A DNA stretch of 64,000 nt from the human T2T-CHM13v2.0 reference genome, Homo sapiens (GCF_009914755.1 NC_060927.1); one strand, 5' to 3'. Counted from the stretch's first letter, positions 17,451-32,444 are shown. Notes: generated from the sequence alone by a model not told the origin. Translations and numbers: made by a program.

Positions 17451-20015
17451 TGGGGGAAACGGGAGATAAGTGGCCTCTTGGGTCAGATTCACTCTGAGCA
17501 GCACATTCATTCTTTCATTCTCTCTTTGCTGACTGTCTTTTTCCTATAGACTGAGAGAGCACTTAGAGGTAGCTTGCAGCCTCCACCAAACTAGACCCTC
17601 TTCATCTCAATTTCTCGTTCTAAGAAGAACACATTGACTGTCTCAGTTTGTGTCGTGTGTCCAGCTTTGACAAAGATGGGAGTAAGTAGTTTGTAGCCCC
17701 ATAGTACAAGTATGACTTGGCATGGAGTTGAGAATTACTTAGTGCTTAGAAAAAAGGGTCAACATAGGCTAGGGAGCTCCTGTAGGATAAAGATATCTTC
17801 TATAATCTCCCTCCCCCTTAAAAAAAAAAGTAAATAAATTTATGCTTCAAGTTAGGTCTTCTTTCTTTCTCTCCCACTGCTAACTGGCCATCATTTAAAT
17901 ACATCTTTTTTAAAATTATATTTATTGAATGCTTATTACAAAGTAGTTGTTGCATGAATAAAAGGTATCAAGTTTAATGATTCTAAGAAAATTTTCCAAG
18001 TCTATTTAAAATGATTTCTTTTTAACTATTTCTCTTTGCAAAACAAAATTAAGTTGCCATTGAGGCAGTTTGGTGTACTGGAAAGGGAACTAAATATCAC
18101 CAAAGGCCCGGATTCTAGTTACAGTTTCACACCACTTGTTGGCTAGGTAATCTTGAGCAAATTATGACCTTCCTCAATCTGTTTCTTCAGTAGTAAAATG
18201 GAGATCATAGTAACAGCTCTTTTGAACACAGGGTTATTGGAAGATCAAATGAGAGAAAACATACAAGCATGTAATAGGTTTTTTCCCATACTAAAGAAAG
18301 GCTCTTGACCCCTATTCTAAGTAGAGAAGTTTCTGTTTTTAAATGTTTATTTTTAGTAACTGCAACTATCATTTTTCTCTAAGAATTGGATTTCCTATAA
18401 AGCATTTTTACAGTATGTGACTAGTAAGTGATGAATTCTTTTAAAACCAAAACTATCCTGAAGGAGATTTCATAGTATTCTGAATCTGATGACTTCCTTG
18501 GATACTTTGGAGAAATAGCAGCAGTGTCCAGATGGAAAATTGAAAAATGGCTTGACCTAGTGAAATAAGATCAAGTGCAGAGTCTAATCTGATGCTGGTG
18601 TTGTTCTGCCTTCACCTTCTGTCTACTCTGAAGGAATCACCATCAGGGTGGTGAATGCTTATCATGAACATAACATCTTTATTGACTGTCTCTATCATGA
18701 CAATTTGTAATTAGCTTTGAATGATTTTTGCACAGCTATAAAGTATTTAGGATTCAAAGAAATGCATTTTGGCTCAGGACAGACATGTTGAACAAGAAAA
18801 CAGCTTTTATTGGAAGTAAGGCAGAAAAGGAGCACTAAAATGGAAATCAGAGAAATTTTTTAAAAGAAAGGAGACTGGGAAGGAATTAGAAATCTGAAGA
18901 GAAACATCTGGTTTATAAAGATTGTGAGAATGATTTTAAGCATTACTGAATAGCATTTTGAGTGAATAAAATTGACACTTTTAAAAAGGGAGAGGGAAGC
19001 AGTATGACCTGGGAATAACTTAAAACCTAATAAAGATAATTATGAGTAAATGTTCAAAACATGGCATATAATTTCAGCCACTGATTTTCAGAGATGCTTT
19101 ATTTGTATCTTAGGATCTCAGGCCATAGGAATATTTGGTTACCATCTTAGAGTACATGAAAATAAATAAAAGTTGAGCAAAGCACTATTACCTCCTCCAC
19201 ATCTTGCTTTATAGCCAGTGAGAATTATAGGGAGAGAAGTATATGAGTAGTGAATTTTTCATGTGAGCTCAGCCTGTCTTGTGCTTTATACCTTGACAAC
19301 ATCTGCCCGATAGCTGTGTCATTGCCCATATTTGTCGCTTTTTCTCTTCTGCTGCATGTGAGATTTGAAGACCAGCTTATTTTCTAACTTTGGTTTGTTA
19401 ATCTGTAATTTATTGACTCCTTAACTCATTGCTCCTCCACAAATTAATTAAAAAGTTACCACATTTTACCTGAAATATATGCACACAACTATGAAGATAA
19501 TGGAGCACATAGTTTCCTTGTGCTTTTTAATAAGATGGTTTAATTGAATTGTTACCTGTTGAAGTATTAAAAATTGCTTTTATAAACTGCTGAAATGATA
19601 AAGAACGACAGCGTGAGCTCTCCAGATAATAATCTCATTCAATCTGTGTTTTTAAAATCTGTGATTTGACAAGTTTCATAGGAGCAGGCTTTCTGAATCG
19701 CCATTTTAAAAATTAAGTGGAAACTCATTAGTGCAAATTATATACAATGATTTTAAGCCCCAGGAGGCTAACTCTGTGTACATATTGAATAGTCATTTGT
19801 TCTTGGTTTATTGTAACTATAGCCAATTAAGTTCATTGTAAAAAAAAAAAAAATCACATTTGTAGTAAAATTGGTAAAATGTCTTGAAATTTAACAGTTT
19901 GACATCTCAAAGCACATATAATTTTGGAATATCTGGCAACCAATGAGATTGTATGTTTCTGATTAGCTTTGTCCATCCACTGTTTCATCCATTTGCCTTT
20001 TTTCTGTTTTTGCAG

Positions 20016-20114
20016 ATCTGAACAGAATTAAGACGAACGAGCTTTCACAATTGCAGCAGATGAAGATCCATTGGTAAATTGATCAGGATTTTTGGCCTAC
20101 CCTCCAAAGAAAAG
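20016..20114 (+). other. ATXN7: ATXN7 5'UTR exon (exon 2), 99 nt
   Basis: Pyrimidine tract plus tttgcag|ATCTG acceptor and AAAG|gtaact donor in non-repetitive sequence; size matches the ATXN7 non-coding exon as I recall it. Confidence 0.85.
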
Positions 20115-20677
20115 GTAACTGGCTGTTCTGATATCGCAAACACAGTTGAATAAATATAATGCTTCCAGTTATAATAGAGTTTGAGTTTTACCAAAGGATG
20201 ATAGTTTATTTTAAGGCATCTGTGTAAGATCTTAAATGTTAAATGTAATCCTGAATATGATCTTAGAAAAATAAAATGACAATGAGTTTAGGAGTATGAT
20301 ATTATTAGGTATTTGTTTCTCAACACAAAAACTACTAAATAACATCCCCTCCAAATTTGTTAAAATTGCAGGAAGACTTTAGTTATAGAATCCTCCTTCT
20401 TTCCCAGTCTATACCCACTTTTTTCTGGAAGTTATCCAAAAGTGTGCTCTTGTTTCTTTCCAGCACCATTCCCCCAGCTCCTGTTTTCTTGTCTTTCCAT
20501 GTAATGTAGACCCAGCTGCTTAGGGCAGGGAAGATCATCAGCAAGACTGTAAAACAGGCAAGCGTTCTTCAGGAACACTTTCTGGGCCCATTGCCTTTGC
20601 CCAGGCTGACAGACAGCTCTGTGGTAATGAGTAGTCTCTGATCATTACAAAAATAGCAGCCATCATTAATGGAGTGT

Positions 20678-20979
20678 CTTTTTTTTTTTTCTTTTTTTGA
20701 GACAGAGTCTCACTCTGTTACCCAGGCTGGAGTGTAGTGGCGTGATCGTGGCTCACTGCAACCTCCACCTCCTAGGTTCAAGTGATTTTTGTGCCTCAGC
20801 CTCCTGAGTAGTTGGGACTACAGGTGTGCACCACTACACCTGGCTAATTTTTGTATTTTAGTAGAGATGGAGTTTTGCTATGTTGGCCAGACTGGTCTCG
20901 AACCCCTGACCTCAAGTGATCCACCCGCCTTGACCTCCCAAAGTGGTGGGATTTCAGGCATGAGCCACCAACGCCTGGC
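20678..20979 (-). mobile_element. AluS
   Basis: Consensus. Confidence 0.95.
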
Positions 20980-21107
20980 ACATTAATGTTGTTTCTCACT
21001 GCATGTCCACCATTGTACATTTACTGTTTTGGGAGGATAGTGGTGAAGTTTCACATAATATGAAGCAGGAAATTCCTGGAGGAATTTTGATTTAAAAAAA
21101 CAAAAAG

Positions 21108-21729
<622 letters not shown>

Positions 21730-22739
21730 TTATTCTCCTACTTCTGAAAGGAATGAGATAACCTTTAAGTTAAGGTGCAGTTTAAGATGAGTCATTAAAG
21801 ACTGAAACAACAGAATCGAAACAAGGAAGACGAAAGGAGTTTCAGCCTCTGGAATCAACTATCTTACATACTTAGGCAACAAATGTGATGCCACAATCAG
21901 GTTTTAGGCAACTGTAGCAAAAATGGTAGCATTTCAGACAACACGTAAAAGATAATATTTTTACCATTACCAATCTGAAACAACTTCACAAAAAGTGTTT
22001 TAGTACTGTTGAGATGTTTGAAAGAACAAGAGTTTGGGGAGCTATGAAGTCTCCACCTTAAAAACAGCCTCTTAAAATGTTCTGGACTAAAGCTGAAGGG
22101 CCATAATGCAGAGATGTCTTTCAGTGATCGTTGAAGTCATCACGTTGAATGTTGTTCATTGTATCATGTCTGCAAGGTGCCAGAGAAGAGAGAAACAGGC
22201 TTTCCTGTGTGGTGTCCAATCACTGACAATGGAGGGGTATGGGGAGAAGTTAAGAGGAAACATGTTTGGCAGAATGCCAGAGGAGCTCTTTAGTGCCTGT
22301 TTATGGAGTTTCTACTGTGTGCATGGGGATTGTCCCTGGGAGGAAAAGGAGAAGAATAGGAGGTGATTTACATGGACTGCAGTGATGACCTAATGCTTTT
22401 TTGAATATTATACCAATGAAAAGATTAATATGATGCCAGGAAGTAAGTGACCAAGAAGCAGAGAAAGAAGAGGAGGCACAAGTTCAAAAGTCTGTAGAGG
22501 CCAGAGAGACCAGAGAGGGGAATAAAGTGAGCCAGGTGGAACTGTGAGAAACCATCCGGTCCATGATCCATCTAATGTGGCAATCCCTTCTCAGCAGCAG
22601 ATTGTAGGCCCGATATCTGTTCATTCAACAAACATTTATTGGGTGCCAACCTATGTGCTATGTTCTCTTATGGTCACTGGGGATAAATTAGTAAATCGAA
22701 AGGACAAATATCCCTGCCATTGAATTGGCACTTACCTTT

Positions 22740-23400
22740 TTTTCTTAATTAACAAGTAAAAATTGGATATGTTTATCATGTACAATGTATTCTTTTAAAA
22801 TATGTATTCATTGTGGAATGGCTTAAATTAACTAATTTAATAGCTAATTAACGTAGGCATTACTTCTCATACTTATGTTTTGGTTGTGAGAACCTTTATC
22901 TAGTCTCTTTGCAATTTGCAAGAATACAATACATTGTTATTAACTATAGTAAGCATGTTTTGCAGCTGAGTTCTTGAACTCATTCTTCCTAACTGAAATT
23001 TTGTACCTTTTGACTAACTTTCCCTAAACCCCTCACCTCTATCCTCTGGTAACCACCATTCTATTCTCTACTTCTATGAATTCAACTTTTTAAGATTCCA
23101 CATATAAGTGAGATTGTGTGCTGTTTGTCTTTCTGGGCCTGGCTGATTTCACTTAACATAATATCCTCCAGGTTCATCTATGTTGCTGCAAATGACAGGA
23201 GTTCTCTTTAAAAAAAAACAAAAATAGAGATAGGGGTCTCGCTATGTGTCCTAGGCTAGTCTGGAACTCCTGAACCCTGGCCTCAAGTGTTTCTCCCACC
23301 TTGGCCTTCCCTCCAGAGTGCTTGGATTACAGTTGTGAGCTACCATATCTGGCTGGATTGCCTTCTTTTTAAAGATTGAATAGTATTCCATTGTGTGTGT
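22740..23400 (-). mobile_element. L1MA-like 3' end containing an Alu monomer (~23213-23353)
   Basis: ttaagattccacatataagtgagat; atcctccaggttcatc. Confidence 0.85.
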
Positions 23401-23404
23401 GTAT

Positions 23405-24095
23405 AACACAGTGGAATATTATTTAGCCATAAAAAAGAAGGAAGTATTGATAACATGTTCCAACATGGATAAACCTTGAAAATGTTTTATTAAATGAAGG
23501 AAACCAAACACAAAGACCACATATTATGTGGTTTCATTTAATATTCAGAATAGGCAAATCCATAGAGACAGAAAGCAGATGTGGTTTTCGGGGGTTGGGG
23601 AGGGAATGTGGGCAGTGATTGCTTGATGAATACAGGGTTTCCTTTTGGAGTGATGAAAATGTTCTGGAACTAGATAGTAATGTTGGTTGTACTACACTGT
23701 GAATGTACTAAATGTCATCAAATTGCACACTTAAAATGGTTAAAGGCCAGTTGCAGTGGCTCATACCTGTAAATCCAGCACTTAGGGAGGGCGAAGCAGA
23801 AAGACTACTTGAGTCCAGGAGTTTGAGACCAGCCTGGGCAACATTTGAAACCCCGTCTCTATAAAAAAAGTACAAAAATTAGCTAGCCGTGGTGGCATGC
23901 GCTTGTAGTCTCAGCTACTTGGGAGCTGAGGTGAGAGGATCACTGGAGTCTTGGAGGTTGAGGGTGCAGTGAGCCGTGATTGCACCAGCTGGATTGCACT
24001 TGAGCCTGGGCAACAGAGCGAGACCCTGTCTCAAAGTAAATAAATAATAAAATGGTGAAAATGGTGAATTTCAGTTATGTGAGTTGTATTTAAAA
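23405..24095 (+). mobile_element. L1MB-like 3' end containing AluJ (+, 23745-24050)
   Basis: gtgatgaaaatgttctggaactagatagt; Alu flanked by aaaatggt. Confidence 0.85.
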
Positions 24096-24673
24096 AATAA
24101 TGGCATTTAGAAAGACTTTCAGAAATGTGTACTTTATGTCTTGGACATGAGAAGGTGGTTTAGCTAGAGTGGAGTCTTTGTAAGGGGGAGCGGTGGATGC
24201 TAAGGGTGGGAAAAGGTTTGGCTAGATATTGAAAGATATTGACTGGCTAAGGAGTTTAGCAGCTATAAATATAGCACCATATACTCCATGAGGAAGAAGG
24301 AAACTCAAGAGAGGTTGGTGCTCTGGGAATCCCAGCTAAAGATGAAGTTTCAAGCAAAGGAAGTGACTTGTAGTTTTATCAGTCCATGCCGTTGCCACTC
24401 ACCTAACAGAGTTTTGTGACAATCTCACAAAAGTTTCAATATTAGTTTAGAGTTTCTTCTTCAAAAAAAAATCTTTATAAAAGGATAATCATCTTTTAAA
24501 ATAATCATCCTGAATATAAAACTATGTTGATAAAAAATCTAAACATTATATAAATATATATGCTAATAAAAAGTTCCTTTAAGTTTAAAGAATTAAAGCA
24601 TCTTTAATTCTTTAACTCCTTGCTTCTCATATGGTAAATCTAGAGTTATCTAGATTGTTTTTTGCATAGACTT

Positions 24674-24700
24674 ATCATCATCATCATCATCATCATCATC
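24674..24700. repeat. (ATC)9 microsatellite
   Basis: Direct. Confidence 0.9.
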
Positions 24701-24730
24701 ACCACTTTTTCACAAAAATAGGCACATGTG

Positions 24731-25039
<309 letters not shown>

Positions 25040-25534
25040 TCATAGTATTTTTTGCATGTTTCTTTAGAAAATGTTTATCTTGGCTGTCATTGCACTTCTT
25101 TCGTTTGGACCATTACATTATATGCTATTTTATTTGTAAAAACAAACAAAAAGTTGAAAAGTAACGGCCACATACCTCTATTAGAGAATGAATTGTTATA
25201 AAATGTGAAAGTAGCTAACACACTGAGCACTTAATATGTGCCAGGCACTATTCTGAACATATTAATTTATTGACTCTTCATAAGCTGATGAGGTAGATAT
25301 TATTGTTATCTTCCTTTTGCAGAGGAGCTAACTGAGGTACAGATGAAAAAATTATCCTGCCAACGTCCAGAGTTAGGTGGTGGCAGAGATGGGTTCCAGG
25401 ACCAGCTTCATCTCCAACTCATGTTCCTATGAGGAATGCTGTGGCTGGTGGTGTCAGATTTTACTTAGGATTTTTTCAAGATAAGTCAATCTGGAATTTT
25501 TTGTGAAATTTTCCAAGTTTTAATGTTGGCTTAA

Positions 25535-26800
25535 AAAATAGCTTTATTGAGATGTAATTCAAATGCCATAAATTTACCCCTTTAAACTGTACATTTAATG
25601 GTTTTTAGTGTATTCACAGTATTGATTGTATAACTGTTTCTTCTATCTAGGTCAAAAACATTTTTAGCACCCACATTGGAGACCCCATCGCATTCCTAAG
25701 CAGTCACTCTCCATCTTCTCTTCCTTCAGCCTCTGGAAACCACTAATCTGCTCTCTGTCTGTATGGATTTGCCTATTCTGGCTAATTCACCTAAATGAAA
25801 TCAAATAATATGTGACCTATTTGTCTTCTTTCATTTAGCATAATGTTTTTAAGATTTATTCATGTTGGAGCATGTATCAGTGCTTCATTTTATGGCTGAA
25901 TAATTTTTTTTTTTTTTTTTGAGATGGAGTCTCACTCTGTTGCCCAGGCTGGAGTGCAGTGGCACAATCTTGGCTCACCACAAGCCCCCCCCACTCCCCC
26001 GCCAGGTTCAAGCGATTCTCCTGCCTCAGCCTCCCAGGCAGCTGGGATTATAGGCGTGCACCACCATGCCCAGCTAATTTTTTTGTGTTTTCAGGAGAGA
26101 TGGGTTTCACTATCTTGGCCAGGCTGGTCTTGAACTCCTGACCTCGTGATTTGCCTGGCTTGGCCTCCCAAAGTGCTGGGATTATAGGTGTGAGCCACTG
26201 CACCTGGCAATAATATTCTTTGTAGAGATATATCACAATTTGTTTATTCATTTGTTGATGTACATATGGGTTGTTTCCACCTTTTGGCTTTTAGGAATTA
26301 CACTGCTAATGAATATTAGTGCTCAGGTATCTGAGTCTCTGCTTTCAGTTCTTTTGAGTGTATACCTAGAAGTGGAATTGCTGGATCATATGCTAATTCT
26401 GTGTTTAACCTTTTAAGTAACTACCACTGTTTTCCACAATGGCTGCACTGTTTTACATTCCTGCCAGCAATGTATGAGGATTCCAGTTTTTTCATATCCT
26501 TGCTAACACTCTTCATTTTCTGTTCTTTTGTTGTTGTTTATTACAGCCATCCTAGTGGGTGAGAGGTGGTATCTCTGATTTAGATTTGCATTTCCCTAAT
26601 GACTAATGATATTGACCTTCTTTTTTTGTTGTTGTTGTTAATTTACTGGGCTGCGTTCTTTCTTTTCTACATTCTAGTTCAAGTCCCTTATCAGATAAAT
26701 GATTTGCAAAAATGTGTAGGTTCTGTGGGTTTTCATTTTCTTGATGGCATCCTTTGAAGCACAGAAGTTTAATTTTGATGAAGTTCAATTTACCCATTTG
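25535..26800 (-). mobile_element. L1MB-like fragment with AluS insertion (-, 25904-26207)
   Basis: gctttattgagatgtaattc...; gaagtggaattgctggatcatatg; tttgatgaagttcaattt. Confidence 0.88.
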
Positions 26801-26815
26801 GCTCTGTTTTCATTC

Positions 26816-27126
26816 TTTTTTAATTTAATTTAATTTAATTTTTTTTTGAGACGGAGTCTTATTCTGTCGCCAGACTGGAGTGCAGTGGCACAATCTGGGC
26901 TCACTGCAACCTCTGACTCCCTAGTTCAAGAGATTCTCCTGCCTCAGCCGCCTGAGTAGCTGGGATTACAGGCACGTGCCACCACGCCCAGCTAATTATT
27001 GTATTTACAGTAAAGACGGGGTTTCACCATGTTGGCCAGGATGGTCTCGATCTCCTGACCTCGTGATCTGCCTGCCTCGGCCTCCCAAAGTGCTGGGATT
27101 ACAAGTGTGAGCCACCGCACCCGGCC
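26816..27126 (-). mobile_element. AluSc-like
   Basis: Consensus, TSD ttggctctgtttt. Confidence 0.95.
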
Positions 27127-29074
27127 TTGGCTCTGTTTTTAAAAAGAAATACCTGGTAAGTCAGATTCCAACCCACTAATTGCCCGCTTGTGATTGCTGC
27201 TTTGCTGCCACTGCCCCAGAAACCATTTGGAAAAATCCTCATGCTTTTTGAAAATACCGGTTTTCTGAAGAGATGGAGCAAGCTCTGGAAGGCAGGAAAG
27301 GCAGATTTCTCACCAGGAGCAATTTTGTTTTGGTTCCCCTTTTCTACTCCTGAAGTTCCTTCACTTAGAACACCTTGATGTAGACGTGGGGGCATAGTAG
27401 GAAGTGGACAGAGGATCAAGGTCTCCAGGTCTTGAAAATTTTATGTTTATCAAAAGAGAATATTGGTTAAAATAAAAGATTAAATTGGTGAAAATAAATA
27501 TTTGTCTTGAGCCATAGATGATGTCATTTAAAATCAGAATGGCCATAAGAGTGTGGTTAGTAATTGTGTGTTTCTAGGAAGAAAGGTTTATGAACCAGTA
27601 CACCTAGAAGTCATCTGGGGTAAGGTCTTACCCTTTATATTTCTTTGAATGTGTACTTGGGAGGAGAGGAGGACAGGTAACTGTATTCATTCATAGTCAT
27701 TCATACACATTAGTGAAAAATAGTTAAATCTGCAGGCCTTTACCTCTACCAAGAAAAGGAGAGCTTTACTTTGGAGGTGGAAAGGGAGTGCAAGTTTTTG
27801 TGGAACAGTCTGTCTTTTGAGAAGCAGTACAAACCCAGGTAGGCTCCTGGATCACGGTGCAAAGACAGAATGTGGGAAAGTCAAGGGTGTCATGTTTGCT
27901 GGATCTATAGCTTTGCTTAGAGCTGGACCTTGGCTGAGGAAAGGAGGAAGAAGCATTTGTGTTGTTCCTTCCCTCTTATACTAACACACCTGCATTGTTC
28001 GTCCTAGGTTTCACCCCAAAGGCATTTTGCTGACCAATTTGGAGACATGGTTACAACTCGTCTTATGGTTTGTGGGAAAGTGGGTTCCAGGTTCTAAATA
28101 ACACCCTTATGTTGGGAATGCAAACTGTTGATCTCTGGGAGACTAAATGTATGTCTCATTGTCACCTTGATTTCAGAGCATATACTCTTAACTCTGAATC
28201 CATGAAGTCCTGTGATATAGAGGTGGGGATGAGTTCCCATGTATGTGCTTAGTGAGAGGGTTCAGGAAAGAGTTTGTTAAAGAAATGGAATTTGTGGAAG
28301 AACTTTGATTGAACAGCAGGATTTCTGCCAAGGGAGGGAAACTGTTAAAGATGGAGTGTCCTATATGAGCAAAGGCTTGGGAACTGGGAGTTGGATGGGG
28401 TTGGGGTGGGGGCATGTTTGAAGTTCTGAATTTGTCATTTGGGCTAGACCATAGACTACCTGCAGGAGGCAACTGAACAGTGTAGAAGTGGTGGAGCTGA
28501 GGCAAGGGCAAACTGTAGAGGACCTTGAATGCTAGGAGAGAAGTTTTTATTTATTTTATCCGTCAGTGGGGAGCCCCTAAAAATGTTAGAGCAATCACTA
28601 ACATGGCTAAAGCCATAATTCAGCAAGATTGGTCTGATAGTATAGCGTACATAGATTAGAATTAGGGCTTACTATGTGACAAGCATGGTGCTAATAGTAA
28701 TAGCTGACACAGTGTGCTTTTTTGCACTGTAAATTTCTTAATGTTCTTCATAAAGTAGTTACTCTTGTTTTACTCATTTTATAGATGTAGAAATATGCAC
28801 AGAGAGGCTAAGTGATTTCCCCAGAGTTACACAGCTCGTAGTGGTAGAAGTGGGATTCAGCCTGGGCAGATAGGCCCTAGAACCCACGCTCTTAATGGCT
28901 GAGCCCCCAAAAATGGTGATATTTACAGCATTGTCAGTACAAAGGTACATGGGAAATTACGTTTAACAATGTGTTTAACCTGCATTTTATGGTAGCTGAC
29001 GCAGTACACTAGAACTCTATACAGTCGACTTCCTTTTATAGCTGAATATTGGTCCAACTTTTCCATTCCTTGTC

Positions 29075-29366
29075 TTTTTTTTTTTTTTTTTTTTTGTAAC
29101 AGGGTCTTGTTCTGTCATCCAGGCTGGAGTACAGTGGCACGATCTCAGTTCACTGCAGCCTCAATCTCCCAAACTTAAGCAGTCCTCCCCCTCAGCCTCC
29201 CGAGTAGCTGGGACTATAGACACATGCCTGCATGCCTGGCTGTATTTTTTTTTTTTTTTTCAGTAGAGACTATGCCTCACTGTGTTGCCCAGACTGGTCT
29301 CCAACACCTGAGCCTTGGTCCCCCAAAGTGCTGGGATTACAGGCATCAGACCATCACGCCTGGCCT
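29075..29366 (-). mobile_element. AluJ with internal deletion
   Basis: Consensus. Confidence 0.9.
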
Positions 29367-30882
29367 CCATTCCTTTTCTATAACTTGAAACTTTCTATTT
29401 GTAAAAAATTCCTCAGCCGAAAGACTTTAAATCAACATTTCAAATCAAGTTCGTCATAAAATTACAAGCCAGTTTTAAATCCCTAGAAACACTGGGCATT
29501 ACTAATTACCTTTTATATTATAATTTATTATTACCTTTTATATGTGTATTTTCAAATTTTCTTCTCTTTTCAAGCAATTTGCTATTACTGGTGAATGTTT
29601 CTTTGGGAGAGTTCATATGTACATGCAAACATATGATTAAGAAAACAATCCAAAAATTTAAGGGTTTGAGATGTTTAGCAAATGATGCATTTTACTATAG
29701 AATGAGTATGTGTACAGGTTGAGTTTTCAAAAAGCTATTTATGTCTTATCTTTTAAGTCCTCACTCTTGCAACTTTCCTTATTATTCCTAATTTTGCACT
29801 TGATTGCTATGAATTCCAGCCACTAAGCTGATGAATTCAATTTACTCTTTCCACTGTTCTCCCTCTACTGGAATACTGATATTCATGACAAGCTGTAAGG
29901 TACTTCACTAGAGGGAGCATAGTTAAGGAAAGGCATGCCCCTTGTGCAGAATACAGCCCTGGCTCTCTCTGGAGAAGAACGAGGAAAGGGGAAAGATGTA
30001 GTCAGAGGAGTGAGAGAGGATTTGAACAAAGGCTCAGCCAATTTTAGGAAGATAAAAAGAAACCAAAGCCAACACATTCCTAATTTAGTGGATCTGAGTT
30101 TCTTGTTACTCAAATGACTTCAGTCCTTTGGGGTTGATAATGGAGAATCTCTGTTACCAACCCTGTAATTTACACAGATAAGTATACTGTAGTTAACTGC
30201 TTTTCAAGTTTATTAAAATGTTGTACTGGGACTGGTGGTTTTTTCCAATTGAAGACGGTTGTGTGGGATCTTGTATCTTAGAAATGTTTTGGGTAGTTTT
30301 AGCCTTTTTACATTAAACTGGATTTAATGTAGGAAAGGTCAACTTTTTGTTTTGTTTTGTTTTTGTACATTGTGATACCTTTGGCCTTGGAACAAAACAT
30401 TTTATGAGTGCAAAGAATCCTTTTTGTAAAGAGAGACTTGTTAGCCTTGGCATCTACTGAGAACATCCCTAAATTTGGGTGACGAGATAAGACCACATTT
30501 TAAATATGTCCTTGGAAGGGATGAAATGCACAGAATTAGCAGTACTTCACCTCTGACAGCCCAGTTCTTAAGCCATAGACAATCTAGTTGGTGGTGACAG
30601 TTTTGATGAATTGTTTCCCCTACTTACTACTTTTCTCACATACTCAGTGAAATTACTATCTTGTGTTCACCCTGGTGCCTAGTAGAGTGCCTAGTCTGTA
30701 GCAGGCAATCAGGAATTGTTGGATAAATTGAATACTCATTATTCAAGCCATATAAAATGAATTATTACTTAAGTTTTCAGACAGTGAAGTTCCTCAGAGT
30801 TACAAGGCATCATCAGAAATGCACTGGCAGAAGCACTGATTGATATTATACAGGCATAATACTATATTAAAATAACATATTA

Positions 30883-31056
<174 letters not shown>

Positions 31057-32444
31057 TTATATTCTTTTTATAATTTGGTGGTATGGAAAGGGGATTATCT
31101 AGGTAAGAGGTCATCAAGTTCTTTACTGTGGGACTGTAGGTAATACAGCTAAGTATTGGGTTTCTGTTGTACTCTTGTTTATAAACAGTATGCTTTGCAT
31201 AAGGAATGCTTTTAAAAGTTGCCAAAATTCAGATATCAGATGCAGTGTGTCAGCTTGCTGTTTTGACTTTTTTTGGTGACTCATTCCAACTTTAAGGAAA
31301 CTTCTAACGACTATGGATATCAGAACATTTCTAGGAGTTAGGACTTTTTTATGGGTGAAGAAAGAGTGGGTAAAATGCATTGGCTGCAGCAAAAGAGAAC
31401 TGGTTGAAGAAATACCAGGAAATGCCCGTCAATCTCTTGTCTGCACATCCTCTTCAGTTTGATAGTAAGTTTCCTAAGGGATTGAGCTGAATTGCTCAGT
31501 TTAATATAAGACACTTATTTATAGTGCTTATTTATGAGATTCCTCAATAATTGATAGCTTGCTATTAGTTTTGAGTATTGAGGTACTCAATAATTGGTAA
31601 CTGCTATTTGTAATAATTTCCCTTAATAACGATCATAATGCCAAGAGGATACTTAATATTTTTCATTTTAAGCCCGCTTGTGTTTTATTAAACCAATCAA
31701 AAACTTTGAAGAAAAAAAGAGGTATCAAGCAGGAATTGGGAAAGAAGTTGAAGTACTCTAAATTGCTGCATTGATCCCCATTGGCTAGAAGTCATATTAG
31801 TGAATCTTGAAGTAGTTTCACATCCAAAAGAGGAAAGTCAAGCAATGTCTTGAGGAAGTAGGACCATACTTCATGTTTGCCATTCTCCTTATTTTTGTTC
31901 TCACTCTGTAGTTTCAGGGATCTGAAGAGCTGTACTCAACAAGCAAGCTCCCTTTGTTATCTATATGGCTTGGTGGCCGCAAGCTTTTCTTTTCAATGGT
32001 AGCTTCAAATGCCGTTAAAATCCAAATTTTCGTTTTTCTTAAGTGTAGAATTTCACAATTCCAAGTAATAAATTGTGTACTTTAGGAAAACAGAGGTTGG
32101 GTGTTTTCATGTAATTATTCAGATTTTGCAGTGATTTGGAATGAATGAAAAATTGAAAATCTGCATAGGGGTCATCTAAGCTATGTTAAAAGTTAGAAGG
32201 GAACTCTATTCCTGTCAAGGGAATTATATGTTTTACTCCTGTGCATTTTTCTCATTGATAGTCTTATGGAGGAAGTTAAAGCTGTAGAAATGATTTTTAA
32301 AATTAAATCTTTCCAATCATTTCTACTATTTTGGTTATTTTGATAAGGACAGGAAGTAACCATGGTTTCACTTTTTGGACTTGTTTGCACGCAATCCAGG
32401 AAAAAATTTTACAGACTTATTTCTAAATCTTTCTAAAATAAAAA

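Noticed and set aside
17211-17510. Arg/Glu/Lys-rich and Ser/Leu/Phe-rich ORFs
   Set aside because: Translation of a CT/GA low-complexity tract
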